Below are positions 40,864 through 49,577 of a stretch of 64,000 bases of DNA, one piece after another. The stretch's first letter is position 1, and each line of letters starts with the position of its first letter. The position numbers and the translations under genes were made by a program. The stretch lies in the IMG/VR virus record IMGVR_UViG_3300042907_001080, positions 217,659 through 281,658 of that record. One strand, 5' to 3'. A model generated the notes under the pieces. That model did not search any database. It was not told the origin of the DNA and saw only the letters and a program-made list of their open reading frames with translations.

Positions 40864-40966
40864 AATAGAACGATACACCGATTTTAGAAATCTTGAAGAT
40901 TTGCACAAAACTGCACAAACCCTTATATCTAATACCAATTATGAGAATTGATAAGGATTTTATTAA

Positions 40967-41560
40967 ATGAAAAAAGCAATATCGCAAGATTGTTATACTG
41001 CACCACAGATGATTACGGAATGCGTAAAAATTTTTAAGGATGAGATGAAAAATTTTCAGAACATCAGTGAGCATTTAATAAATGTTTTAGATTTTGATGA
41101 TTCTCCCGACCTTACTGAAATCCTACCAAGAGATAGAACTAATATCTCAATATATGTTATTTTTTTATACGATCACTCACATATTACTACAGATGAAATA
41201 CAAAGAAAATTTCCCAAAACTAGAGAATATGTTCAAACCATGCCCGGAGTTAGTACGTTAAAATGTATAGCTATAGGCCCGAATTCTATAGTTCCGTTGC
41301 ATCTAGATGATATGAGTCGAGCACCTTACGATTTAAACAACTGGTATAGTGTATTCACCGGAGTAACTGTTCCTAGTGAGAGTGCAGATTTAATTGGTGT
41401 CAAGGTAGATAATGATATATACAATCATGCCGAAGCGGAATCTATTGTTTTTGATACACAGATTCCACACTGCGCCTGGAATAACACTGATCAATGGTGG
41501 ATCAGTTTAAGATTTAGCACAAATAAAGAAAATTTTCAAAATGTTAATATCGTCAAATAA
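40967..41560 (+). CDS. AspH-like cupin oxygenase
   Basis: PLHLD...FDTQIPHCAWN. Confidence 0.72.
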   Translation: MKKAISQDCYTAPQMITECVKIFKDEMKNFQNISEHLINVLDFDDSPDLTEILPRDRTNISIYVIFLYDHSHITTDEIQRKFPKTREYVQTMPGVSTLKCIAIGPNSIVPLHLDDMSRAPYDLNNWYSVFTGVTVPSESADLIGVKVDNDIYNHAEAESIVFDTQIPHCAWNNTDQWWISLRFSTNKENFQNVNIVK

Positions 41561-42602
41561 TCATTGGGACCAATTAGAAGAAATAGTTGTTGGGATAGCA
41601 ACCAACGCTAGAGTTCCGACTGTAGATGTAAGTACCATGAATATGTGTTATAGTAATTATTCTGTGGATCAAATAAAAAATCTAGAGGGACAATATCCTC
41701 AATGGTTAATAGATGAAGCCAATGAAGATATGCAAGTATTATCGGATACACTTTCTTCTCTTGGAATCAAAGTTCATCGGCCAAAAATAATTGATCATAG
41801 TAAAAAATTCAGCACTCCGGAATGGCAAACCACAGGATGGTATACTTGGTGTCCAAGAGACTTGTTGTTACCTCTCAATAATTTAATGATAGAAACCCCA
41901 AGTCCTTGTAGGGCCAGATATTTTGAAACTCGTGCGTATCACGATATCATGATAGAAGCAGTAAATGATGGAGTCGAATGGATCGCTGCTCCAAAGCCTA
42001 TATTGTCAGATGACAGCTATCAGTTTATAGATATAAAAGAAAAACCAAGTCTTCTTAATTTAGAACCAGTTTTTGATGCTCCTAATTGTATACGATTAGG
42101 CAAAGACATTCTTTTTCAAATTAGCAATACTGGAAATCATCTAGGAATGAAATGGTTAAAAAATGTATTAGAAAGAAGAGGATACAGAGTTCACGCAGCG
42201 GAGCATATATACAGCTTCGCTCACATGGACAGCACCATAATTCCGTTAAGACCTGGATTGGTTTTATTGAATAGCACTAGAGTTACTCCAGAAAACTGTC
42301 CTAAATTATTCGATAAGTGGGATAAAATTTATTTCCAAGATGTAGCCCAGACCGCTGTCCCAACGAGCGGCCCTGGCTCAGTGAGTCCCTGCAGCCCTTA
42401 TATAGGAATGAACATATTAAGTGTAAATCCCAATACTGTGATAGTAGGAAAAGACCAAATATCTCTAATAAAAGTTTTAGAATCAAAAGGGTTTACTGTA
42501 ATTCCAATGCCTATGAGACACGCTCGAACACTCAGTGGAGGATTTCATTGTGCCACATTAGACCTTAGAAGAAAAGGTTCCTTAGAGGATTACTTTCAAT
42601 GA
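41541..42602 (+). CDS. Amidinotransferase (glycine/inosamine-phosphate type)
   Basis: NHWDQLEEIVVG, CPRD, FDA, HMDST, GGFHCATLD; catalytic Cys/His/Asp present. Confidence 0.9.
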   Translation: MLISSNNHWDQLEEIVVGIATNARVPTVDVSTMNMCYSNYSVDQIKNLEGQYPQWLIDEANEDMQVLSDTLSSLGIKVHRPKIIDHSKKFSTPEWQTTGWYTWCPRDLLLPLNNLMIETPSPCRARYFETRAYHDIMIEAVNDGVEWIAAPKPILSDDSYQFIDIKEKPSLLNLEPVFDAPNCIRLGKDILFQISNTGNHLGMKWLKNVLERRGYRVHAAEHIYSFAHMDSTIIPLRPGLVLLNSTRVTPENCPKLFDKWDKIYFQDVAQTAVPTSGPGSVSPCSPYIGMNILSVNPNTVIVGKDQISLIKVLESKGFTVIPMPMRHARTLSGGFHCATLDLRRKGSLEDYFQ

Positions 42603-43081
42603 AAGGATATCATGGACAAATAGAAGATTTTTGGTCTGACTATTTACAAAATTTTGTTTATAAGCAACAAATACCTTACTCAGGAATGAGAGAATCTTGG
42701 CACGAAAATTTTGGTAATGGGCATCTCTTGCAGAGTTTTGATGATCAGTTACCACCAATATGGAAAAACTTTCAGTCTTCTCTAAGTGTATCTAACGGTA
42801 CTGTGGGTTGGATCAACATTCGACCTAACCAAATCATTGCACCACATTTTGATCATTTTTATACTTTAAAACAAAAATTAGGAACCACTATCGAACATTG
42901 TGTAAGATATTTAATATTTTTAGAAGATTGGAAATTTGGTCAGTATATAGAATTTGAAGATCTTTCTATTAGAAAATGGAAAAAAGGTGACGTTTGGTAT
43001 TTCGATCATACTGAAGAGCATTGGGCCGTCAATGCAAGTAACTTTGATTTTCACACTTGTCAGGTCAACACAATAAAATGA
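42599..43081 (+). CDS. AspH-like cupin oxygenase
   Basis: APHFD...EHWAVN. Confidence 0.7.
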   Translation: MKGYHGQIEDFWSDYLQNFVYKQQIPYSGMRESWHENFGNGHLLQSFDDQLPPIWKNFQSSLSVSNGTVGWINIRPNQIIAPHFDHFYTLKQKLGTTIEHCVRYLIFLEDWKFGQYIEFEDLSIRKWKKGDVWYFDHTEEHWAVNASNFDFHTCQVNTIK

Positions 43082-44886
43082 AATCCATATACTTTTTTCA
43101 ATGTAATTATTCCGCTAAATTTGGCGAAAAAACGCAGTACTGGCTTCCGTATTCAGTTGGGTGTCTTTGGGCGTATGCTCAACAGTTTGATGATATAAAA
43201 TTAAATTGGGAAGTAAAAGGAAAAATTTATAGAAGAGACCCTATTGATTCTGTATTGAAAAAAATAGAAAATCCTACGGTGTGTGTTTTTAGTTGTTACT
43301 GCTGGAATGAACAGTATAATTTAAACATCGCAAAAAAAATTAAAGAATTGTGGCCTGATACTTGGATTGTGTTTGGAGGTCCCCAATCAGGAAGTAACCA
43401 CTTGAAATACAACTTTATCGATTCTATTGTGTTTGGAGAGGGAGAAGAAAGTTTCTTAGAAATTCTTAGAACTATAGATGCAGATAAAATACCTCAAGAG
43501 TTATATACGAAAAAAAGATTAGACAATTTAGAAATTCCTAGCCCTTATCTTATTGGATTTTTTGATGACATTATTGCTGAATCCCCCGGAGATTATTTCC
43601 AGGGCGTATTAGAAACTAACCGGGGATGTCCGTATTCCTGTACATTTTGCGACTGGGGTAGTACGACATATGGAAAGGTAAAACGTTTTAATTTAGAACG
43701 GGTGCAAGATGAAATAAAATGGGTGGTAGAAAATCCTATCACTACTTTGTTTATCACTGATGCAAATTTTGGAGCATTTAAAGAAAGAGATTTAGAAATC
43801 GCTACTATGTTAGAAAAATACAGTAGAGATTCTTGTTTAGAGTATGTAAATGTTACCTATGCAAAAAACAGCAACGAGCATATATTTAAAGTTGCCAAGG
43901 CTTTGGGTTCTCTAGGGAGAGGAGTTACATTGAGTGTGCAAAGTATGAATACAAAAACTCTAAAAACAATAAAAAGAGATAATATGGCCAGTAACGATTT
44001 AAAAAATATGTATGCGTTAAGTCACCAATACGGAGTTACAACATATACTGAAGTAATACTGGGATTGCCTGAAGAAACACTAGAAACTTTTATAGATGGA
44101 ATATCTGAACTTTTAGAGCTCGGACAACATACTCAATGTGAAATGTATCTTGCTAATGTTATGGAAAATACTGAATTAAATCAAACTCAAAAATTTCAGT
44201 ACGGAATAAAAACAATTAGATGCGAAAACTATCAACCATTCTCTTTCAATGACTTGAGCAGCATTCCAGAATATACCGATCTAGTATGTGAAACCAATAC
44301 AATGAGTAAAAATGATCTAACTGACGCTTATATGTTTCACTGGGTTGTGCAAAATTTTCATTATCAAGGGTGGAGTCAAATAATTTCTAAATATTGTAGA
44401 CACGTATTAGGCATACCCTACAAAGAATTCTATATCAAATTTTTAAATTTTTTGAAACAAGATACTGGTATCTTGGGAGATGAATACAGAGAAGTAGAAA
44501 AAAATATTAAGCACCTATTCAATACAGGATCGTTACTGGTTGATATTCCTGTGCATCATTTCAACGGTAAAAGTCATGCGTTGATCTATGACAATTTTGA
44601 AACAGTTTTGCTTTTTATAATTGATTTTTCTAAATCATTTGGTCATATAGATTCTACAATAATTGAAATTCAAAAAAGATTCGTTGCGAATCTTAAATAT
44701 TTGCCTCTTGAATATATTGAATCGAATTATAATTTAGAAAACTGGGAAAAAACAAAGATGGCCTATAAAATAGAATGCCAAGTAAAGGATTTTATTCCTA
44801 CATACACAAACATTTGGATTTTAAGAAGATCAGGCAAGTTAAAAAATAAAATTACAGAACTTGCTGCAGAGACACTTACAAAATAA
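43078..44886 (+). CDS. Cobalamin-dependent radical SAM protein
   Basis: B12-binding N-terminus (WLPYS, FSCYCWN, VFGGP, GEGE), ETNRGCPYSCTFCDW, DANFG, ILGLPEET. Confidence 0.9.
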   Translation: MKSIYFFQCNYSAKFGEKTQYWLPYSVGCLWAYAQQFDDIKLNWEVKGKIYRRDPIDSVLKKIENPTVCVFSCYCWNEQYNLNIAKKIKELWPDTWIVFGGPQSGSNHLKYNFIDSIVFGEGEESFLEILRTIDADKIPQELYTKKRLDNLEIPSPYLIGFFDDIIAESPGDYFQGVLETNRGCPYSCTFCDWGSTTYGKVKRFNLERVQDEIKWVVENPITTLFITDANFGAFKERDLEIATMLEKYSRDSCLEYVNVTYAKNSNEHIFKVAKALGSLGRGVTLSVQSMNTKTLKTIKRDNMASNDLKNMYALSHQYGVTTYTEVILGLPEETLETFIDGISELLELGQHTQCEMYLANVMENTELNQTQKFQYGIKTIRCENYQPFSFNDLSSIPEYTDLVCETNTMSKNDLTDAYMFHWVVQNFHYQGWSQIISKYCRHVLGIPYKEFYIKFLNFLKQDTGILGDEYREVEKNIKHLFNTGSLLVDIPVHHFNGKSHALIYDNFETVLLFIIDFSKSFGHIDSTIIEIQKRFVANLKYLPLEYIESNYNLENWEKTKMAYKIECQVKDFIPTYTNIWILRRSGKLKNKITELAAETLTK

Positions 44887-44908
44887 AAGCCCTCAGGGGC
44901 TTTTATTT
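44881..44908. terminator. Bidirectional intrinsic terminator
   Basis: Perfect inverted repeat AAATAAAAGCCC-TCAG-GGGCTTTTATTT between convergent genes. Confidence 0.85.
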
Positions 44909-46380
44909 TAAGGATTCAATCCGTAATATGGAACAGCATAATTTGTTCCGCCGATATTCATTTTAAGATAACCAACTACTCCGCCGCCAAGATTAACCTG
45001 TCCTGACGCACCACCAGCAACTACACTGTTATTCGCTACGTGAAGTAATTGTGTATGGTCTACTTTAAACGCTGATACTAAAGTTCCGGCATTATTAAGT
45101 GTTGATATCTCATAAGCTCCCGGAACAGCTCCGCCTGAAGTAACAGTTCCACTAGCTTTTGCTGTAACGATTACCGCAGGGATATGTGTGGTACCGTTAT
45201 GTCCCAGATAATAATCTGCAGCAATTGTGTCACCGGATAGCACTATAGTTCGGCTATCTATAGTTCCTCTAGACCTAAGTTGTAATTTAGGAGACCCGTC
45301 GACTTCATTGTTAGCTAGATCAATGAGGAATAGATTATAAGAATCATTTATATCACCTTCTGATTGTATTACAAACTCGCCTAGATCTTTGTTTATAGTA
45401 ATAGAATTCGTTTGTATAGGCCCTACGATTTTTCCGGTCCCAGTTCCATCTACAAGCATTGTAGAATCTTGTCCAAATACAGAACCTCTTATATCCCCCT
45501 CGACATTACCTGTGACGTTACCAATTAATGATGATCCGGCTGTACCAGTAACAATGCCGTTAACGTTGCCTGTAACGTTACCTGTGACGTTACCAGTTAA
45601 TGATGATCCAGCTGTACCAGTAACAATGCCGTTAACGTTGCCTGTGACGTTACCTATGACGTTACCAGTTAATGATGATCCAGCTGTACCAGTAACAATG
45701 CCGTTAACGTTGCCTGTGACGTTACCTACAAATCCGCCCTGTGCAGTTACAACTTCTGTGGTGGTATTTACAATAATCGTGCTGTCGTCAGCCACGATAT
45801 TAACATTTAAATCACCGCCGGGTATTCCGATCGCTGATCCACCAATGGTAGATCCTGCTGGTAGATTTACCGCTGTACCGGTAGCTGTAATGGTTGCGGC
45901 ACCTAGTTTAATACTTGATCCGCTGAGATATAAATCTCTAAATCTAAATGTTGGACTACCTAGATCGTATACAACATCTGCGTCTGGTATAATGTCGGTA
46001 CTAACACTGCCAGATAAATTAAATTTTCCTGTGTTTCCGTCTATCAAAAGACTACTGTCGTTGGCAACCACAGACCCGTTGAATGCTGCTGCTTTGATCA
46101 CGCCCTGGTAATCTGATAAATCTACAGTGGCATTTACTTTATTCAAAGCATCGTCGTAGGCAAATGTTATTGAATTATGTGTGCCAGTAACAAACATGGC
46201 TGCTGATGCATCTCTGGCGTTTTCGTCAGTGTATTCTGTGACAGCAACACCTCCAAGGGTAGTGCCATTACCTATCCATAATCTATTGGTGTTTGTGACA
46301 AATATAAGCTCGCCCGCGGCCAAGGGCTGGGTCATGGCTGTTCTTTCAGCGTCAGTGCCTCTGCGAATCTGTAACGGCAT
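44908..46380 (-). CDS. Tail fibre/structural protein with Mtd-like N-terminus
   Basis: MPLQIRRGT..LAAGELIF.T...LWIGNG N-terminus; GNVT repeats; GGAG SD and TAAATA upstream. Confidence 0.75.
   Translation of the reverse strand: MPLQIRRGTDAERTAMTQPLAAGELIFVTNTNRLWIGNGTTLGGVAVTEYTDENARDASAAMFVTGTHNSITFAYDDALNKVNATVDLSDYQGVIKAAAFNGSVVANDSSLLIDGNTGKFNLSGSVSTDIIPDADVVYDLGSPTFRFRDLYLSGSSIKLGAATITATGTAVNLPAGSTIGGSAIGIPGGDLNVNIVADDSTIIVNTTTEVVTAQGGFVGNVTGNVNGIVTGTAGSSLTGNVIGNVTGNVNGIVTGTAGSSLTGNVTGNVTGNVNGIVTGTAGSSLIGNVTGNVEGDIRGSVFGQDSTMLVDGTGTGKIVGPIQTNSITINKDLGEFVIQSEGDINDSYNLFLIDLANNEVDGSPKLQLRSRGTIDSRTIVLSGDTIAADYYLGHNGTTHIPAVIVTAKASGTVTSGGAVPGAYEISTLNNAGTLVSAFKVDHTQLLHVANNSVVAGGASGQVNLGGGVVGYLKMNIGGTNYAVPYYGLNP
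45503..45726 (-). repeat. ~3 copies of a 72-nt (24-aa) coding tandem repeat
   Basis: GNVTGNVNGIVTGTAGSSL(T/I)GNV(T/I) repeated with near-identical DNA. Confidence 0.9.
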
Positions 46381-46427
46381 ATTTTTCTACTCCTGGAATT
46401 TATCTACCATATATATTTATGCCAGCC

Positions 46428-46456
46428 AAAAAAATAGGGCTCCGAAGAGCCCTATT
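46428..46456 (-). terminator. Intrinsic terminator with cUUCGg loop
   Basis: AATAGGGCTC-TTCG-GAGCCCTATT-TTTT. Confidence 0.9.
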
Positions 46457-46471
46457 AAACTGCGTAGTTTA

Positions 46472-47077
46472 TTACATTGTGGGTCCGTTTCCGTTCTTAA
46501 ACCCTATGCTACCGCCTTCTGCTTCGATGTTCTTTATAACATCTTCAAACAAGATAGGAGCAAAGTCCGGAGTCTGCTCTACACAGACGCAATGATAACG
46601 CACATCGTTCTCATCGCTGTATAATACTTCTCCAGTCCTTGCATCTACACCACGAGCCTTACGCACACGATTTGCATGAGTGTGTCCGTGGATGTTAACA
46701 CCAAACCGGCCCAAGCTGTCGCTGTGTACAGGAATATGGCTTAAGATCATTCCGTTCATAACATGGTAGGCACGTAATTCACGAAAGTATTCACGATACT
46801 CGTCATCACGGAAAATATCGTGATTGCCACGGATAAGCACCTTGTCTCCATTCAAACGAGATAAGGTTTTTAGCGCCTTGCGGTTTATAACCACATCGCC
46901 AAGATGATATACCTTGTCAGTGGGTTTTACCCGTTCGTTCCACGCCTTGACCATTGCTTCGTCCATTTCCTCAGGCGAGTCCCATGGGCGAAGTTTTGTA
47001 ACACCATCGTTACGTGTGAAGCGGCATACACCAGTGTGTCCAAAGTGCGTGTCGCTTACTAAGAATACACTTGGCAT
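46472..47077 (-). CDS. Calcineurin-like metallophosphoesterase
   Basis: SDTHFGH, HLGD, RGNHD, SHIP, HGHTH. Confidence 0.9.
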   Translation of the reverse strand: MPSVFLVSDTHFGHTGVCRFTRNDGVTKLRPWDSPEEMDEAMVKAWNERVKPTDKVYHLGDVVINRKALKTLSRLNGDKVLIRGNHDIFRDDEYREYFRELRAYHVMNGMILSHIPVHSDSLGRFGVNIHGHTHANRVRKARGVDARTGEVLYSDENDVRYHCVCVEQTPDFAPILFEDVIKNIEAEGGSIGFKNGNGPTM

Positions 47078-47088
47078 ACTGCCTCCTT

Positions 47089-47259
47089 TTAGTAAGTTTC
47101 TTTTATAATTTTAAATTCCGTTGTCGGATACTTTGCTTTAAATTCATCAGTTTTAACAAACGCATTAAATTCGGTTGCATTGAAAAACATGCGATGAAAA
47201 ACTGATTTGTGGTCCAATGTAGTTACTGTGAGGTAAATCGATTTCGCTTTGCCGGCCAT
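47089..47259 (-). CDS. Small hypothetical protein (56 aa)
   Basis: Not in track: MAGKAKSIYLTVTTLDHKSVFHRMFFNA...KETY, with SD and consensus promoter. Confidence 0.7.
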   Translation of the reverse strand: MAGKAKSIYLTVTTLDHKSVFHRMFFNATEFNAFVKTDEFKAKYPTTEFKIIKETY

Positions 47260-47286
47260 GTGATCCCTTTCACTGTTTAAGTATAT

Positions 47287-47315
47287 ATTATACTATCAAC
47301 ACAGAGATTTGTCAA
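47287..47315 (-). promoter_or_regulatory. sigma70 consensus promoter
   Basis: TTGACA-N17-TATAAT. Confidence 0.85.
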
Positions 47316-47339
47316 TCGGAATTTACCAGGTCTCCACAT

Positions 47340-47567
47340 CTAGATCATCATGTCTATTTGATTTGGTTGATTGTGTTTAGTTACAACTGCTCGACTGTCA
47401 TAGACTTCGATAATGTGGTGATAAATGTTGGTGACTTTAGAACCATTAGGGTAAGTAGTCTGTTGCCAGATTTCTTGTTTGATAAAACCACGACCCACAG
47501 TACCAGCGGGTAATACTCCTGTGAAGCTGGTATCGACTAGAGTTACTGGTCTAATAGAATTAGTCAT
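47340..47567 (-). CDS. Hypothetical protein
   Basis: 75 aa, immediately after infA. Confidence 0.6.
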   Translation of the reverse strand: MTNSIRPVTLVDTSFTGVLPAGTVGRGFIKQEIWQQTTYPNGSKVTNIYHHIIEVYDSRAVVTKHNQPNQIDMMI

Positions 47568-47570
47568 TCG

Positions 47571-47789
47571 TTACAATCTATAAGTTACACGACCTTTGGT
47601 AAGATCATATGGGCTGACTTCAATTTTAACACGATCGCCTAAGATAATTTTTATCTTGTGCTGTTTCAATTTGCCGCTGGTATAGCATACAAGTATGTTG
47701 GGCAGATTATCCACCTTGACTCTGAACATGTTGCCAGGCAACACTTCTTCAATAGCACCAGTTAATTCGATTAGATCACTTTTTGACAT
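47571..47789 (-). CDS. infA: Translation initiation factor IF-1
   Basis: [21 protein letters not shown]....[22 protein letters not shown]. Confidence 0.95.
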   Translation of the reverse strand: MSKSDLIELTGAIEEVLPGNMFRVKVDNLPNILVCYTSGKLKQHKIKIILGDRVKIEVSPYDLTKGRVTYRL

Positions 47790-48237
47790 TTTTCTTTGAT
47801 TTTAGTTGAGCGTCTGCCTTGTCTATGATTTGAAAAACCTTGTTGGCTAACACTCGTTCTTTACTAAAGGCTTCCACTTCCCAAGGCAGATCATAATAGT
47901 GTCCCTTGAATTTTTTCCCCATCCACAGTCTGCTGTTGAGATTCTTTCCGTGTTTGATCTGCCCTCGAGCATACTGTTTGACATGCACCATTTCGTGTGC
48001 CAGAGCAATGATCAACCTTTCGATATCGAGAGCGGTATCTATGCTCATGCCTATCACAGTCGGCCCCAATTTAAACACACTGCCTCGCACCCCTTCTTTG
48101 ACACTCATTCCTCTATCAGGAATCACTATCAGTGAGTATCGACTATTCTGTAATTTCAGTTCATTTCGAAATACTTGTAGACAGGTTTCAACCAACATTT
48201 TGCTGGCGCTTTTCCTCGCTAACACTTGAATTTCCAT
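47776..48237 (-). CDS. HExxH zinc metallopeptidase-like protein
   Basis: [10 protein letters not shown]...PWEVEA. Confidence 0.75.
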   Translation of the reverse strand: MEIQVLARKSASKMLVETCLQVFRNELKLQNSRYSLIVIPDRGMSVKEGVRGSVFKLGPTVIGMSIDTALDIERLIIALAHEMVHVKQYARGQIKHGKNLNSRLWMGKKFKGHYYDLPWEVEAFSKERVLANKVFQIIDKADAQLKSKKNVKK

Positions 48238-48258
48238 AAGAGCTCCTTGTATATATCA

Positions 48259-48287
48259 ATTATACAATCTTATTTGAATGTTGTCAA
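48259..48287 (-). promoter_or_regulatory. sigma70 consensus promoter
   Basis: TTGACA-N17-TATAAT. Confidence 0.85.
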
Positions 48288-48288
48288 G

Positions 48289-48362
48289 TGGTGCTCCAAC
48301 CAAGAATCGAACTTGAAATACATCCTTACCAAGGATGCGTTATGCCATTTAACTATAGGAGC
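48289..48362 (-). tRNA. tRNA-Thr(GGT)
   Basis: Cloverleaf; anticodon arm CATCC-TTGGTAA-GGATG; CCA encoded. Confidence 0.9.
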
Positions 48363-48927
48363 ATTCTATGTCTGCTGCCAATACAAATCGATATTGGTTG
48401 CTCTGTACAATGCCCGGACGGTGCCATGTGTCACTGGGATATATGATCCAGTGGCCTTGAGTGGGAGTGATGAAATACTTGCCATCTTGTTCTGCACCGT
48501 TGGGTGCTATTTCTGTGCCGCAATAGTCTCGATCCTTGACATCGCTGGGAATGTGCAGATAGTATATTCCGCTGAACATTTTATTATTGGGATTTTTTGG
48601 ATGCCAATGATTGTGCCATAGTTTTTCTCGATTTTCGGCACTCTGAAGATTGGTCATAAAACTCCAAGCCATCATCTCTGATACTTTGACTTCACGACCT
48701 AGATACATGAACACAGAGAACATAAAACTCATTCTGTATTTCAGCCATACGGGTTCTGGTCTGGAAAAAATATTTTCTTTGGTTTGAAACTTGGGACTGT
48801 TTGTAAAATAATTGCCGTCGGCAATAATGTTCTTGATAATTTTGCAGGCCATAGCGTCATCTTCAGCAGTGATTACACTGCTAAAATTAAATTTGCGAAC
48901 AAGCTCTGTTTGATCTACTACCTGCAT
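48349..48927 (-). CDS. Putative 2OG-Fe(II) oxygenase
   Basis: WHNH..FSGIYYL..GTE..IYPS..WH..RFVLA. Confidence 0.7.
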   Translation of the reverse strand: MQVVDQTELVRKFNFSSVITAEDDAMACKIIKNIIADGNYFTNSPKFQTKENIFSRPEPVWLKYRMSFMFSVFMYLGREVKVSEMMAWSFMTNLQSAENREKLWHNHWHPKNPNNKMFSGIYYLHIPSDVKDRDYCGTEIAPNGAEQDGKYFITPTQGHWIIYPSDTWHRPGIVQSNQYRFVLAADIECSYS

Positions 48928-48935
48928 GGTATCCT

Positions 48936-49009
48936 TGGAGCGGGATGAGAGAATCGAACTCTCGACCGAAGATTGGAAATCTGCTGTTTTGCCATTAAAC
49001 TAATCCCGC
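48936..49009 (-). tRNA. tRNA-Gly(TCC)
   Basis: GCGGGAT acceptor; loop TTTCCAA; TCCA end. Confidence 0.9.
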
Positions 49010-49034
49010 ATTGTCTTTACTTATCAACTAACTT

Positions 49035-49111
49035 TGGTCGGAGTACAAGGATTCGAACCTTGGACCCCCTGGTCCCAAACCAGGTGCGCTACCAGACTGC
49101 GCCACACTCCG
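49035..49111 (-). tRNA. tRNA-Pro(TGG)
   Basis: CGGAGTG acceptor; loop TTTGGGA; ACCA. Confidence 0.95.
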
Positions 49112-49114
49112 AAT

Positions 49115-49342
49115 TTATTCTACTTTTTTAAGATATTCTCGACCTATCTTGCCTTCTTGGACATCTAATAGAGCACTCACCGGAGAGTTGATTTGAGTAG
49201 TCAGCCCTGCTGTTTTGTGTCTACGAGACAATTCTCTGGCTCTTACTGTAGCGATTAGCACAAGATCAAATCTGTTGCCTCCCGCTTGTTCTACACATTG
49301 TTGTGTATCTACGGTAGGTCCACGACTATCAGATAATTTCAT
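49115..49342 (-). CDS. rpoZ: RNA polymerase omega subunit-like protein
   Basis: GNRFDLVLIATVRAREL...PVSALLDVQEGKI. Confidence 0.8.
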   Translation of the reverse strand: MKLSDSRGPTVDTQQCVEQAGGNRFDLVLIATVRARELSRRHKTAGLTTQINSPVSALLDVQEGKIGREYLKKVE

Positions 49343-49362
49343 TTTTTGCCTTTGTAAAAAAA

Positions 49363-49436
49363 TGGTTGCGGGACCTGGAATCGAACCAGGATCTAGAGCT
49401 TATGAGACTCTTGAGTTACCGTTTCTCTATCCCGCG
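49363..49436 (-). tRNA. tRNA-Met(CAT), initiator-like
   Basis: CGCGGG 5' end with C1:A72 mismatch; loop CTCATAA; AACCA end. Confidence 0.88.
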
Positions 49437-49440
49437 ATAA

Positions 49441-49577
49441 ACTTTATAGAGGCTCTCTGTTGGAATCGAACCAAACTGTTTAACTCCGTATCTTCCTGGC
49501 ACTTTCGGTGGTTAGTCGACTTAGCACCTAACTCGTGTGATCCAGTGTAGTTAAACTTCAAAGAGCTTTTATAAAGT
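49441..49577 (-). ncRNA. Structured RNA with T-arm but no CCA (tRNA-mimic-like)
   Basis: Closing stem TTTATAAAAGCTCTTTG/CAGAGAGCCTCTATAAA, T arm TTGG-TTCGATT-CCAA, inner stem GTTTAACT/AGTTAAAC. Confidence 0.55.

Noticed and set aside
45503-45726. Possible CRISPR array
   Set aside because: Contiguous in-frame coding repeats with no unique spacers and no cas genes.
45389-46111. 240-aa plus-strand repetitive ORF
   Set aside because: Antisense mirror of the fibre gene's GNVT repeats.
44908-46380. Diversity-generating retroelement target (Mtd-like N-terminus)
   Set aside because: No reverse transcriptase or template/variable repeat pair is seen in the window.
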